A DNA stretch of 63,500 nt, filler included, from Octopus bimaculoides (lineage: Eukaryota): NCBI RefSeq assembly GCF_001194135.2. It is 8 parts of 8 records of this genome, joined end to end, with 100 filler letters (N's around TTAATTAATTAA, not from the genome) between each part and the next. Parts side by side here need not be neighbours in the genome. Positions count along the whole stretch, not along the records: positions 1 to 9,727 come from NC_069000.1; positions 9,828 to 32,193 come from NC_068981.1; 6 more parts are not named here. One strand, written 5' to 3'. Under the pieces are notes generated by a model. The model ran no database searches, had not been told where the DNA came from, and saw only the letters and a program-made list of their open reading frames with translations. Both the position numbers and the translations under genes were made by a program. Of the stretch, positions 1-11,800 are shown one piece after another (the first letter of the stretch is position 1; each line of letters begins with the position of its first letter).

Positions 1-10
1 CAACAATAAT

Positions 11-47
<37 letters not shown>

Positions 48-62
48 GTAATAATAATAATG

Positions 63-115
<53 letters not shown>
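1..115. repeat. (AAT)n microsatellite
   Basis: Direct reading of tandem AAT units. Confidence 0.95.
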
Positions 116-118
<3 letters not shown>

Positions 119-254
119 TCCGTTTATATATTTGTTTTGCAAGATTTTTTATGTGAAATCGTATTGAAACAGATGTTGTTGTATTTGGGGATGGTCATAT
201 TGCAAGTTTAGCCAATAAAAACATACGCATTGTATATTTGTACTAGATACTGAA

Positions 255-545
255 CTCTGGCTAGAAACTGAGAATAATAAAACCCGAATCCTTCATTCAC
301 ACTATGCCAAATCTATGGCCTCCAAATACCTGATCCACCGAAACTCAGCTATTTGCGGACAATGCCAAATTCAATATATTGATGGCAGACCTCGTCTCAG
401 AGTAATGCGAAATGTGTCCTACATGTGCAACCCTACAGAGTTAAAGAGACATATACAACATTTCGTTCACCGCATGCAGTTCTCAGGTTACAGCCATAAA
501 GAAAGGATCAGAGTATACAAGGGAGCTAAGAAATTAAGGCCAACA
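255..545 (+). mobile_element. Penelope-like element fragment (RT thumb/C-terminal region)
   Basis: Translation RILHSHYAKSMASKYLIHRNSA...RVMRNVSYMCNPTELKRHIQHFVHRMQFSGY resembles the PLE thumb pattern (Y.K.M.S...IH..SA ... R...SGY). Confidence 0.6.
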
Positions 546-559
546 GGCTGGATATAGTT

Positions 560-925
560 GTCAGAGACCATCAAGACAAAAATGTTTTCTAATTGATGTT
601 TCAATACCAACACATGACAACGTTTCCCTAAAAGAAATGGAGAAACTTTCAAAATACAAAGACCTGGAAATAGAGATAACTCGAATGTGGAGTCTAAAAG
701 CAGAAACAATTCCTATCATTGTGGGCGCATTAGGTATGATGAAAAAATATTCAGACAAATGTATAACAAAAACACTAGGACTTACAAATATATATAACAT
801 ACAGAAAATAGCACCACTAGTCACTGCACACATCCTACGTAAAACACTTTCAGTACAGTAAACATAAGAGCATCACAGCAAACCACAGCACATACCCAAG
901 GCACACAGCTGCGCTCGGTAGAGAA
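560..925 (+). mobile_element. 3' end of a non-LTR retrotransposon with restriction-like endonuclease (R4/Dong/NeSL-like)
   Basis: Reads CFLIDVSIP.HDNVSLKEMEKLSKYKDLEIEITRMWSLKAETIPIIVGALG (one frameshift), the typical RLE nuclease end; followed by a short 3' UTR and an (AAG)n tail. Second copy at 33890-34135. Confidence 0.75.
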
Positions 926-1045
926 AAAGAAGAAAAAGAAGAAGAAAAAAAAGAAAAAAAAGAAGAAGAAGAAGAAGAAGAAGAAGAAGAAGAAGAAGAA
1001 GAAGAAGAAGAAGAAGAAGAAGAAGAAGAAGAAGAAGAAGAAGAA
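926..1045. repeat. (AAG)n microsatellite running into an N gap
   Basis: Direct reading. Confidence 0.95.
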
Positions 1046-1410
1046 NNNNNNNNNNNNNNNNNNNNNNNNNNNNNNNNNNNNNNNNNNNNNNNNNNNNNNN
1101 NNNNNNNNNNNNNNNNNNNNNNNNNNNNNNNNNNNNNNNNNNNNNNNNNNNNNNNNNNNNNNNNNNNNNNNNNNNNNNNNNNNNNNNNNNNNNNNNNNNN
1201 NNNNNNNNNNNNNNNNNNNNNNNNNNNNNNNNNNNNNNNNNNNNNNNNNNNNNNNNNNNATGATTATTCTTGTGCCGTAATTCTGACGTATTTTTGTTGG
1301 GCCTTCTGTGATAAAATCATCTATAATTTGTAATAAATTATCAATGGCCGTAAATAACCACCAAATCATAATAGACCTTAATGAAGAGAAATTCACATCA
1401 GAAGAAATAG

Positions 1411-1623
1411 TCTTTTCTAATCTAGGCACAAGGCCCGAAATTTTTGGGGAGGGGGAAAGTCAATTATATCGACCCTAGTACGCAACTGGTACTTAATTTA
1501 TCGACCCCGGAAAGATGAAAGGCAAAGTCGACCTCGGCGGAATTTGAACTCAGAACTTAAAGACAGACGAAATACCGCTAAGAATTTCGCCCGGCGTGCT
1601 AACGTTTCTGCCAGCTCGCTGCC
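1411..1623 (-). mobile_element. tRNA-derived SINE, family A (tail type 2)
   Basis: Reverse complement starts GGCAGCGAGCTGGCAGAAACGTTAGC...GTTCTGAGTTCAAATTCCGCC (B-box-like); many copies in the window. A second head-only copy follows at about 1640-1730. Confidence 0.8.
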
Positions 1624-2036
1624 TTCAAAAGCAAAGTAGCCCTCGGTGGAATTTGAACTCAGAACGTAATGACAGACGAGTCGCCGCTATGCATTTTGCC
1701 TGGGTTGCTAACGATTCTGCCAGTTCGCTACTTAATCACCGGAAGAAATAATGCAGGCAACAATGTCTGGAAACCTTCGTTATAGGCTGCCTGAAAGAAA
1801 TTTATAGGGAACAACCAAAACAGTTAAGAATGGATAGGAATTCAAGGTTGAATGTAAATATGGATAGGAAAACATAATAAAAATATATCTCATTTGCAGC
1901 CTTACATTCTTAACGAGTAATTAGACTTATATCGTATACTTGGTGACCAGATTAATTCATTGGGCTAGAGTACATAATCAAAAAATTAAATTAAAAATTC
2001 TTCTCAAGTTCTTAACGTAAATTGTATTTAGTTTAT

Positions 2037-2080
<44 letters not shown>

Positions 2081-2133
2081 TATACAGCTGAAATATTAAA
2101 CTCTATTGTTTACAAAATATCGTTCACAATATA

Positions 2134-3390
2134 CACACATAAGTTAGAAATAAATAGACACCCCATGAAACATCGTTTTCTGTTTATTCTAACTTATAAA
2201 GGTTTATATTCCTTATTAATTGACATTTTTATGTTTCAGATTCTATATGTGACTGGTTTAATCATGCCATGTACAAAAGAAGCCTTGGAACTGTCTGAAT
2301 TTCAAAAGGTCGTATTATGGGTCATTCTGAAGGTGGATATATTCAGCGTAAAATCTCAGAAAACCTTGGGGTCCCACTTTCTACAGTTAGTTAATAGAGT
2401 TAGTTAATTGTGCAATTCACCAGAGAGGGAAAGGAGTCCACATCACCTTGTCCAGATCAACCAGGGCCCTCTGACAGGACGCTTTTCTTTGCTAAGTGTA
2501 GTGTGAAGGATAATCCTCGTTGCAAGACCTCTAACATGGAAGAGCAAATTGATGTCAGTCCCAAAACAACTGTGAGGTTTCTCCACAAACTTGGTTACTA
2601 TGGCAGAGAAGGAAGAAGCAAGCCACATCTTTGACTAGCCAATATGAAGCGGAGAAAAGATTGGGTCAGTGAGATGGTGGAGTGACCATTAGCATTTTGG
2701 GACACTATCATATTCTCTGATGAGTCCAGGTTTTCTGTATTTCCTAACAGTGGTCGAGTGTAGGTCTGGAATCTCTGTGATCAAGAATTTGATGTGAAAA
2801 GATTTCAACCAGCAATGAAACACAGCAACTTTTTGTGATGGTCTGGGGAACAATTTAGAGCAATGGTTGATCAGAGCTGGTGGAGTGTGAGGGAAAGATA
2901 AACTCAAATAAATATGTGTTCATATTGTAGAAAGAGCTCCTTCTAAACTTCTCCAGTTGTGAAATGATTAAAGAAGACTCTCTATTTACGGAAGATGGGA
3001 TTCCTTGTCACACGGTTAAAATGACCGAAGATTTGTTGGAAAAAATGGCATTAGAAAGCTTCCATAGCCAAGCCAGTCACCAGATATGAACCCTATAGAA
3101 AATCTTTGGGGCATAATGGACAGGACATTTCATAGACAGAACAAGAAAGCATCTTCAAAGCCAGATCTTTTGAGATTATTGCATGAAACTTAGCAAGAAA
3201 TTCCGCAAGAGAATATTCACCATCTGATCAGTAACATGCCTAATAGGGCCCTTGCATTGAAAAATGCAAAGAGTATGTCCACCAAATATTAAATGCTCAC
3301 ATTATAACAACTAAGAAATAATTTGAATGTATAATTTCAGATTTAAATAAATTTTAATGATTATATGGTTGTCTATTTACTTCTTTCATG
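2134..3390 (+). mobile_element. Degenerate Tc1 (DD34E-type) DNA transposon
   Basis: Stop/frameshift-riddled transposase 2254-3291 with IIFSDESRF, VMVWG, EDG.PCHT, SQSPDMNPIENLW and MSTKY*; degenerate inverted ends AGAA(A/G)TAAATAGACA(C/A)CC near 2146-2164 and 3366-3385. Confidence 0.85.
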
Positions 3391-3414
3391 TATATATGAG
3401 GAGAAGTGAAATTC

Positions 3415-4250
3415 TGAACGAACAGTTCCAAAGTGTGCTCAGTACACCTCTAAGACACAGGCAAGTGAACAAACTAGCAGGATTTTTTGTCACTTTACCT
3501 GTAATCAAAGAGGCAAGAATTGATTACATCAACATTAAAGAAGATGTAACACTGGCCATACATGAGGTTGACAAAATCTCAGTTGCTGGCCTTGATGGAT
3601 TCCCAGCAATCCTACTCAAATCGTGCAAATGAGCCCTTGCAAAACCACTGCAGCTTCTTTTTTAGAGCTTTCTTGCAAGTAGTAAGCTCCCAGACAAACT
3701 CAAGGAAGAAATAATATGCACTATCCATAAAAAAGAAAGCAGAGCAGAAGTTAAAAATTTAGCAGATGCTAAAAAATTTGCTTCACATATCAGTAAAATC
3801 CTGGAACAAATAGTCCGCAAGAAATTAATCACGCTCCTTGAAGAAAATGACTTGCTTGCTAACTGACACTCAGCAAGGATTCTGACTAGGTAGAAGCTGC
3901 CTGACACATCTCTTACAACATTAAACCTGGATGTTAAGACAGCTGCTAAACGACTCAAGTGTGAATGTATATCGACTTTATAAAAGCCTTTGATTTAAGT
4001 CGACCATGCTATGTCACAAACTGCGTGATCTCGGTATAGTCAGAAAACCTGTAGAGTGGCTCACGAGTTTCTAAAAGATAGGTGTTAGGCAGTGGTGACC
4101 AGTGGAGCCACCTCAAAGCAAATACTAATAGTAAGTCGTGTTCCACAGGGCACTGTCTTACGGTGACTACTATGTATAGTGGTCCCCACAGACATGCCCT
4201 CAGCTGCTCAGATAGCCACCCTCGCTAGCTATGCAGATGACACAAAGGTC
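3415..4250 (+). mobile_element. CR1/L2/Jockey-group LINE reverse transcriptase fragment (pseudogenised)
   Basis: AGLDGFPAILLK, SHISKILEQIVRKK, VPQGTVL and SYADDTKV (YADD at 4230-4241), with stops and frameshifts. Confidence 0.85.
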
Positions 4251-4790
4251 GCTGTTGTGATGATAGGTATTAGAATCCCTGTGTGGTTCAAAGATGGGCA
4301 CGTCGAACTCTTATAAAGAGTAACGTTATCGCTCCAGTCCATATCCCCAACAGTTTACCTCCGTCGTTCGGGATATCTTTAACACCTTCTTCTGAGTTAT
4401 AGAAGATGGCTGCTAGCAGCCATGCCTCATCGATTTCTGGGAGCACTCTACCTATCTTTACTCTGGCCGCACGTTTGCCACAGTAAAAAGGTAGAAGTGC
4501 CCACTCGGTTGATCTTAATTAAGTGGCGTGTTTCCTCGCTTCTTCTTCACTTATGAATCGTAACCTCCACTGTGCCGTACTTCTTTCCTCTTGTGTAAAA
4601 TGTCGTACTGTCTTTCATTTCTCGAAGACATTTTTCTATCTCTTCCTCTGCTGCTATTTCCACTTTTTTTGCTGTTACATTTAACGTCCTATATATGATG
4701 GTTCTTTTTTCCATTTTCTCCAGCATTTCTTTAGGGGGCGTCAACCTCAGGCTGTCCCCCTCCTTCTTCAGTAAACTGTTGAATTTTTTA
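4251..4790 (-). mobile_element. Putative LINE ORF1 fragment
   Basis: Frameshifted reading KYGTVEV(R)FISEEEA...WALLPFYCGKRAARVKIGRVLPEIDEAWLLAA resembles the RRM-type ORF1 of L1/Tx1-like elements; assignment is inference. Confidence 0.4.
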
Positions 4791-5539
4791 TAGTTCTTCA
4801 CTTTTAGTTCTATTTCATTAATATAAAGGTAGCACCAAGCATTTTCCAACAAGTTGTGGACACTAGGCTCGCAGGTTCGGATTTCACTAAAGTTTTACCT
4901 TGACGACATACTCATAAAATGTAAATCTCGTGGTTATATATATATCAATTCGTTTTGCAAGATTCCTCATGTAAAATCGTGTGTTGAAACAGATATTTTT
5001 GTATTTCGAGATGATCGTTTTTTCTGCCATATAAACACACGCGCTATATATATTTTTTCGTTTATTACTGCTTCATTATTTTTTATTACTGTTTTATTAT
5101 TTTAACTCATGTCCATTGTCAGAAAATCCTTCGTCTCACATCTGTGACCTCTTCAGTGACACTTCGTTTCCGTGTATGCTTTTGCTCCACTTACTCCATT
5201 CAGTTCTAAGATGTGTATCCTTAAGTGCGCATGCGTTTGTGTCCTTGTTTTTTTTTTGTATGTGCGTGTGTGTGTGTATGTGCGTGTGTGTGTGTATGTG
5301 CATGTGTGCGTATGTGTGTGTATGTTTCTGCGTGTGCCATAGCAGTAATGTGGCCTTCCCCTCAGCACCATCCTCTTACTCATTGTCCGTTCTGGTTCAG
5401 CCACTGCTAACAACGTGACGCAATGGAATCACAAACATCACCAGGTTGAGCAATGCATCAATCTCAACAGGGAGGATATAAACAGCAGTGCTCATCAAAT
5501 AGACGTTTTAACTGATATAAGAAACTCCAATGTATGTGA

Positions 5540-5582
<43 letters not shown>

Positions 5583-6012
5583 GCGCACACACGCACGCGC
5601 ACACACACATATATGTATATATGTATATGTATACATACACATACACATACACACATGCATATGCATACATACACAAACACCCACATACATAAGTATACAT
5701 GCATATACATACAGGAACAGCTACAAACATATACGCATATACATATATGGAAAGCGAAGTAGTGAAGGGAACGCTAGGAATTTGAAAATGCTGTTGAGGA
5801 AACAGGCGCCATAGGGTGAGGGAAGAAGTAAAGGTATAGAGGACGAGAGAGGGAACGAAAGAACAAAGTTAAAGGAGAAAGAGAGAAACGAAGAAAAGAG
5901 AGAATAGATGGTAGGTGGAAAGAAAAGATGAAGGAAAGAATATGGGTTATGGGAAGTAAGAACAAGGAATAAAGATAAGTTGCAGAAATTATAATTAGGA
6001 GAGAGGTAGATA

Positions 6013-6465
6013 TTATTTTTTAAAAAAGCGAAAGAATGTTTTTTTCCAATGTAAACACCTGTAAACTCGTTCATTAAAGATGTTTACCAGTTTATGTCTA
6101 GAAAAGAGGATAGACAGTTGCTCGTCCGTAAAGAGAGGACCAAAAGATTTCCCTTTGTCATAGGGGAATGATCTGAATAGAATTTTCCAATCAAAAGAAA
6201 GAAGTTTGCTAGAGTCTTTAAAGCGCCAAATTAGCTTAATAAGTCCTGTAAAATTACGCTGATGACTGTATTTAAAAGTTGAAAAAGGGTTCGCTATACA
6301 GGATTTCAATTCCGAAGAAGATAATCCAATATAAAAGAATTCCTTAGTTCCAGAAATAATATTGCATTGGTAAACGGCATTTTTAATACGGCAATTTCCA
6401 TTGAGGACGCAAATTTTATTCGGTCCACAATTGCAAAGCCTAATATCATTGATATTATCATTCAA
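6013..6465 (-). mobile_element. Penelope-like element GIY-YIG endonuclease fragment (CxCx5C linker type)
   Basis: CNCGPNKICVLNGNC..AVYQC...FYIGLS...IWRFK...FDWKIL...NERVYRCLHWKK matches the PLE C-terminal GIY-YIG domain. Confidence 0.85.
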
Positions 6466-6719
6466 GGAGAGATTATCGTTAATATTATTGTTAATATTAT
6501 TAATGTTATTACAGTTATTAAGAGAGACTCTGTTACCTTTAAGAATATAGTTGTTATGTGATTATATAGTCTGCAAGAGGTTACTAGTGTTGGAGAAGTC
6601 AATTCTGATACGGTATGTGTTGAAAATTGAGTGGTACCTGGATTTACTGGGAATATCCTTTCGATAGCTTGACCAAATAAGTGGGGAAGGTTACTTTTAA
6701 CATCGGTTTTAAAACAATG

Positions 6720-6920
6720 GGGGGGGGGCAAACACAGACACACAAACATATATATACGACGGGCTTCTTTCACTTTCCGTCTACCAAATCCACTCACAAG
6801 GCTTTGGTCGGCCCGAGGCTATAGTAGAAGACACTTGCCCAAAGTGACACGCAGTGGGACTGAACTCGGAACCATGTAGTTGATAAGCAAGCTACTTACT
6901 ACACAGCCACTGCTGCGCCT
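6720..6920 (-). mobile_element. tRNA-derived SINE, family B (5' half)
   Basis: Reverse complement of GTGTGGTAAGTAGCTTGCTT...GGTTCAGTCCCACTGCGT...TTGGGCAAGTGTCTTCTACTATAGCC; near-complete copy at 30291-30690. Confidence 0.8.
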
Positions 6921-6939
6921 ATTACACACACACACACAA

Positions 6940-7425
6940 ATATTCTCTCTGACTTCACACATCAGTAAAATCATAGAACGAATCATCAGAAAGAAACTGA
7001 TAATATTCCTAGAAGAAAATGATCTACTGAACAATACACAGCATGGCTTTCGTCCACGAAGAAGCTGCCTCACACAGCTCTAACACCACTATGAATTTGT
7101 TTTGAAACAGCTGCTTGGCCATTCAGATGTCAGCGCGATGTACCTTGACTTTACGAAGGTAGATTATGACATCATATCTCATAAGCTGCGATATCTTGGC
7201 ATTGCTGGTAATCTAGGAGAATGGCTACATGACTTCCATAATGACAGAAGTTAGTCACTGACAGATAATGGTGCCCTTTTTGAGGAAGCCCAATTCCTAA
7301 GTGGCATCCCCCAGGGAACTGTTCTGGGACCATTACTAATCATAATAGCCCACGTATACATGCCTGTGATCACTTGGACAGCCACTGTCACTAGCTACAC
7401 CGATGATACAAAATTATCACAGCCA
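6940..7425 (+). mobile_element. CR1/L2-group LINE RT fragment (second copy)
   Basis: SLTSHISKIIER..QHGFRPRRSCLTQL..YLDFTKVD..GIPQGTVLGPLL..SYTDDTK; same family as 3415-4250. Confidence 0.85.
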
Positions 7426-7559
7426 TTATCACAGAATAAGTACTAGGATTAAAAATAAGTCTTGGCGTCGATTTGTTCGACTAAAACCCTTCAAGGTGGT
7501 ACTCCAGCATGGGAGGTGCTCTCTACTACTAGCTTTTAACTGTTAGCACTTGCATTTGC

Positions 7560-7855
7560 AAGTTGTTTGCAAAAAGAGTGTCCAGGAGGTGATGGCATCC
7601 CATACAGAGTGTATAAGTATTGCAACGTCTACGAAAACGCTCTTTGTCATTCTCCGACAGCTTTGGCGAGAAGAGACTTTCATAGAGGATTGGTGTAAAG
7701 CAGAAGGCATATACCTGCGAAAGGAAGCCAATGCAGAGAGTGTAAAACTGTTTAGTCTGATATGCTTATTAAATGCGGATGGCAAGATCTTTATGGGCAT
7801 TCTCTCAAGAACAGTGACATATCTAGAGAATAATAGATATGTTGATGAATGCCTT
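7560..7855 (+). mobile_element. R2/NeSL/CRE-group LINE RT fragment
   Basis: WCKAEGIYLRKE...SLICLLNADGKIFMGILSR..YLENNRYVDE resembles RT domains 0-1 of RLE elements. Confidence 0.6.
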
Positions 7856-8149
7856 TGTTCGAAAATATAAGGAACTTTCTCCTATATATTATAGAACCCC
7901 GTTTTTAGGGGAGTATCTATGTATGTAAGTATGTTATTATTCAATTTTATTTCAAACTTTCTTACTGATAGAGAAAGAACCGGTTTGTAACTTAGATGCA
8001 AGACTCCTTCACTGGAATTTGAACTACATCAACAGGGTATGCATGCATGTATGTATGTATACGTGCAAATTTGTATGTTTTGTTTTATGTATGTTTTCTC
8101 ATGCATATACTTGCATATCTAGACATGCTCATATATACTTAAATGATAA

Positions 8150-8460
8150 ACTTCAGGAAAGTTTTGCAGATTCCAACAGTTCCAGTGATGGCTTGGATCT
8201 GTAATCTTCAAATCAGCTTTCTCCCTTCTGGTTTTGAGAAGCCTAATTTTACAAGATTGTTATTTAGACAGTGTGTTACATATACTGTTTCCCCCCAAAT
8301 TACGGGTATAAACCTGAAATTGTAATCTAGATGGAGTAACTGCAGATTTCTCAGTAGTTCAGCGTAAATATTCTCTTTTTCACTGATCTTCAGCATTATG
8401 TTAACATCCACTGGGCAGCTGATTTTCAAAATTGTGCACAGTTTCTCTTCTCAATCCTAA
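8150..8460 (-). mobile_element. RLE-LINE endonuclease 3' fragment
   Basis: ISCPVDVNIMLKISEKENIYAELLRNLQLL...FIPVI...LVKLGFSKPEGRKLI; same family as 31110-31730. Confidence 0.7.
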
Positions 8461-8739
8461 ATCATTACATCAGGTCTATTGTATTTACAGTTTATTGAGG
8501 TTTTCACTGAGATATTCCACCAGCATTCCTTATTAAGAGTGATTATGGCTTCTATCATACTGTGGGTTCTTATTTGAACGTTTGTACGTATGTATGTATG
8601 TATGTATGTATGTATGTATGTCTGTATGTCTGTATGTATGTACGTACGTACGTACGTATGGATGGATGGATGGATGGATGGATGGATGGATGGATGGATG
8701 GATGGATTGATGGATGGATAGATGTACCGGTCATTTTTA

Positions 8740-8912
8740 TCATGTTAAGCCGTTAATTCTCACACATTTTTCTCTCATCCCTTCCTGGCACAGAGCGAAA
8801 GCTCAAAACGTCAAAGGCTTTTCCATTCTTCCTGAACGAAAAACTAATAGAGCCGCTTGCTGTTCCCTCACCTGTCTTCATCTTTTATTTCCTTTAAATT
8901 TGAACTATATGT
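8740..8912 (+). repeat. PLE terminal-repeat-like dispersed element with degenerate hammerhead motif
   Basis: Shares GAGC-loop-GCTC(G/A)AAACGTCAAAG...CACCTGTCTTC with copies at 19500-19633, 26080-26240, 47660-47880 and 54380-54545. Confidence 0.55.
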
Positions 8913-9079
8913 ANNNNNNNNNNNNNNNNNNNNNNNNNNNNNNNNNNNNNNNNNNNNNNNNNNNNNNNNNNNNNNNNNNNNNNNNNNNNNNNNNNNNNNN
9001 NNNNNNNNNNNNNNNNNNNNNNNNNNNNNNNNNNNNNNNNNNNNNNNNNNNNNNNNNNNNNNNNNNNNNNNNNNNNNNN

Positions 9080-9110
<31 letters not shown>

Positions 9111-9202
9111 CAGATTATATTATTTTATAGATATTGCTATAAATTACCAATACTCATAGACAGGTTAGACTCGAAGTGCTCAAGTTGAGCTAAGTTCCAA
9201 TT

Positions 9203-9708
9203 TATAATTTGAGTGGGGGCAATACGAGCGGAAAAAACTAGAGGGATATGACCTATTATCCAACAGAATATACAATATATATGCACACTTCGACATTAAT
9301 AAAGCGGCATAAAACTCAATACAACATAAGTATTAATAATATACAAGCATTTAGAGGTCTATACCTCTAAACTTAGAGGTCTATACCTCTAAATTTCTAT
9401 TCCTATATCGTGTGAACCTGTAACTCACTATGTTTTATAAAATATCGACATTTTTATATCTTATTATGTGTATATTTTGTACTTATTTTACTTATATATA
9501 TATTTTTAAATGACTATGTATTAATAAATGTTTTTAAATATTTTTAGATATTTGCGGGCTTATAAAAATATGTATATGTCTATATGCTTGTACCTTATTA
9601 ATACTTTTGTTATGTTGAGCTTTATGCCGCTTTATTAATGTCGAAGTAAGTGTGCATATATATATTCTGCTCTAGTTTTCCGCTCGTATTGCTTCCATTC
9701 AAATTATA
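9203..9708. mobile_element. Fold-back element with long imperfect inverted arms
   Basis: 9203-9350 is the reverse complement of 9584-9708 (e.g. GCAATACGAGCGGAAAA, CTTCGACATTAATAAAGCGGCATAAA), with indels. Confidence 0.7.
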
Positions 9709-9727
9709 TATATATATATATATATAT

Positions 9728-9827
9728 NNNNNNNNNNNNNNNNNNNNNNNNNNNNNNNNNNNNNNNNNNNNTTAATTAATTAANNNNNNNNNNNNNNNNN
9801 NNNNNNNNNNNNNNNNNNNNNNNNNNN
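9728..9827. other. Artificial scaffold linker (44 N + TTAATTAATTAA + 44 N)
   Basis: Identical 100-bp construct occurs 7 times; the core has stops in all six frames. Confidence 0.95.
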
Positions 9828-10734
9828 TATTGCAGCAACAATTTTGGCTTAATGTGCATAGGTTTGGCTTATTGTGGTTGTTTCTGTTATTATATGAATT
9901 GTTACTATGTTTTGAATGTAAATTAGAGTTAACTGTTATTTGAATGCAATTACATTTAAACGTAAATTAGGATTAAATGAATTTAAATGGAAATTAAAAT
10001 TAATGATATACGTATATGAAAGAAAGAAAACAAGTATTTTGGTTTCTAGCTTGTCAAAAAGCCTCCGGTATTAATGACACAAATTTCAGTACAAGACTAT
10101 GTTGATTATGAATTCAAATATTTAGAATAAATAATATATCGATGTATATTTGAGTTTCTCTTTTATGATAACCTTAGGTTCTAATTCACAAACTTGTTCG
10201 CAACGAGTTTAAATATGTATAGAAAACTTTAACTGAACTTCATACATCCTAGAAGCTAGTTTATCGACTTTGTACCAGATAATTGGTCAACGTATAAATA
10301 AAAAATCACACGACCAGCAAATCATAACTAACTGGACTATAATAACTATTGTAAAAACTAGTATACCCGTACTGTTTAAAAAAGAAATAAGCCAAAAATG
10401 TTATTTGAGCATGCATCGACATAACATTCAATCCATATAACTATTATCAGCTTGTATATTAAGAAAAGCTAAATTGTTATTGAAAATACTTTGAAAGAGA
10501 ATTAGATATAAATTAAATATAGATTACTTTAAAATCTCATTAAGGTTAGAACAGTAAAACCTTCTCTAGATTTCTCTAGCCGTCATTTTATTAAACAACT
10601 GATGAGTCTGCGCCGTAAAAATTGAAAATAAAATGAAGCTTTAAGCTACGTTTATTTTGAAATACTGGTACTTACATTCATAAAATTCGTATTGAACACT
10701 CATACTTTAAAATAACTTTCTCTGTTGTGTCAGT

Positions 10735-10960
10735 AGCAAAGCGGTGAGCAAGCGGAGTCGTCAGCACGCCACACAAAATGCTTTGCGGCATTACTTCCGT
10801 CTTTATGTTCTGAGTTCAAATTGTTCCGAGGTCGACCTTGCCTTTCATCCTTTCTGGGTCAATAAAATAAATACCAGTTGAGTACTGGGGTAGATGTAAT
10901 CGAAATACTCCCTCCCCCGCCCCGAAATGACTGGCCTTGTGCCAATATTTGAAACCAATA
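10735..10960 (+). mobile_element. tRNA-derived SINE, family A (diverged, tail type 2)
   Basis: GTTCTGAGTTCAAATT..CGAGGTCGACCTTGCCTTTCATCC..GGCCTTGTGCCAATATTTGAAACC. Confidence 0.75.
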
Positions 10961-11333
10961 GTTGTGTTTGTAAACTTTTGTTGAAGACTTATACAAAGTT
11001 TCTCTTTTCATATTCGAACTTAGAATGTAAGTCTTTATTTGGGGTTTAAGTTTTCTCTTTTGCAGAATTGAAATCGGTCACTAACAAAGTGGCATGACCC
11101 TTTGTTTAAATCAAGATAGGACTTGGGGGCCTGTGGTTGTCTGAATTGCTAGGTGTATACAGATATGTGTACGTGTGGATCAATGTACACTGCTGTAGTG
11201 AGTGTACGTGTATTTTACTTTAGTACGTACGCACGCATGCACACACACACACACGTGTATGTACACACACGTGTATGTACACACATGTGTATGTACACAC
11301 ATGTGTATAAACATACACGTGTATACACACATA

Positions 11334-11800
11334 CAGGAGTTGGACAAAATAATGGAAATATTTTGCCAAATAAAATTTTACTATTTGATACAAAGTTGAT
11401 TCCCCTTTGGCATCAATATTAATACCTTGAGAAATGGACTCTTATAAGTTCTGAGAAGTTGTTAGGGGAACTTTGAGCCATTTTTCAAACAAGACCTGCT
11501 TTTGCTTTTTCAGCAACAACGGTGGAGGGAAGCGGTTTCTCAATTGCTACTCGAAAATGCGCTAGAAATCCGGTTATTGAAGGGATCGTAGTGGGTAATC
11601 TATGTAGTCAACCTTACTTTTATACCTTTCGTACCAATTTTGAATCAAATTTGCCGTGTGAATGAATGCATTATCATCTTGGAAGATTGTGCCACTATCA
11701 ACGAAATGTGGTTTAGTAATACCAAAGATATGTTTTTCTAAAATATTTCAGGGTGTACATAGGAAGATAAAAGGGGACTGTATGATTCGCTACTCACGGC
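11334..11800 (-). mobile_element. Tc1 transposon 3' fragment with terminal inverted repeat
   Basis: Minus-strand GTIFQDDNAFIHTANLIQNW (second D of the DDE triad); end reads TA|CAGGAGTTGGACAAAATAATGGAAA, a Tc1-type TIR. Confidence 0.7.

Noticed and set aside
10599-10630. CTGATGAGTC...GAAA as a hammerhead
   Set aside because: No complementary strand for stem II before GAAA, and no GUH or stem I.
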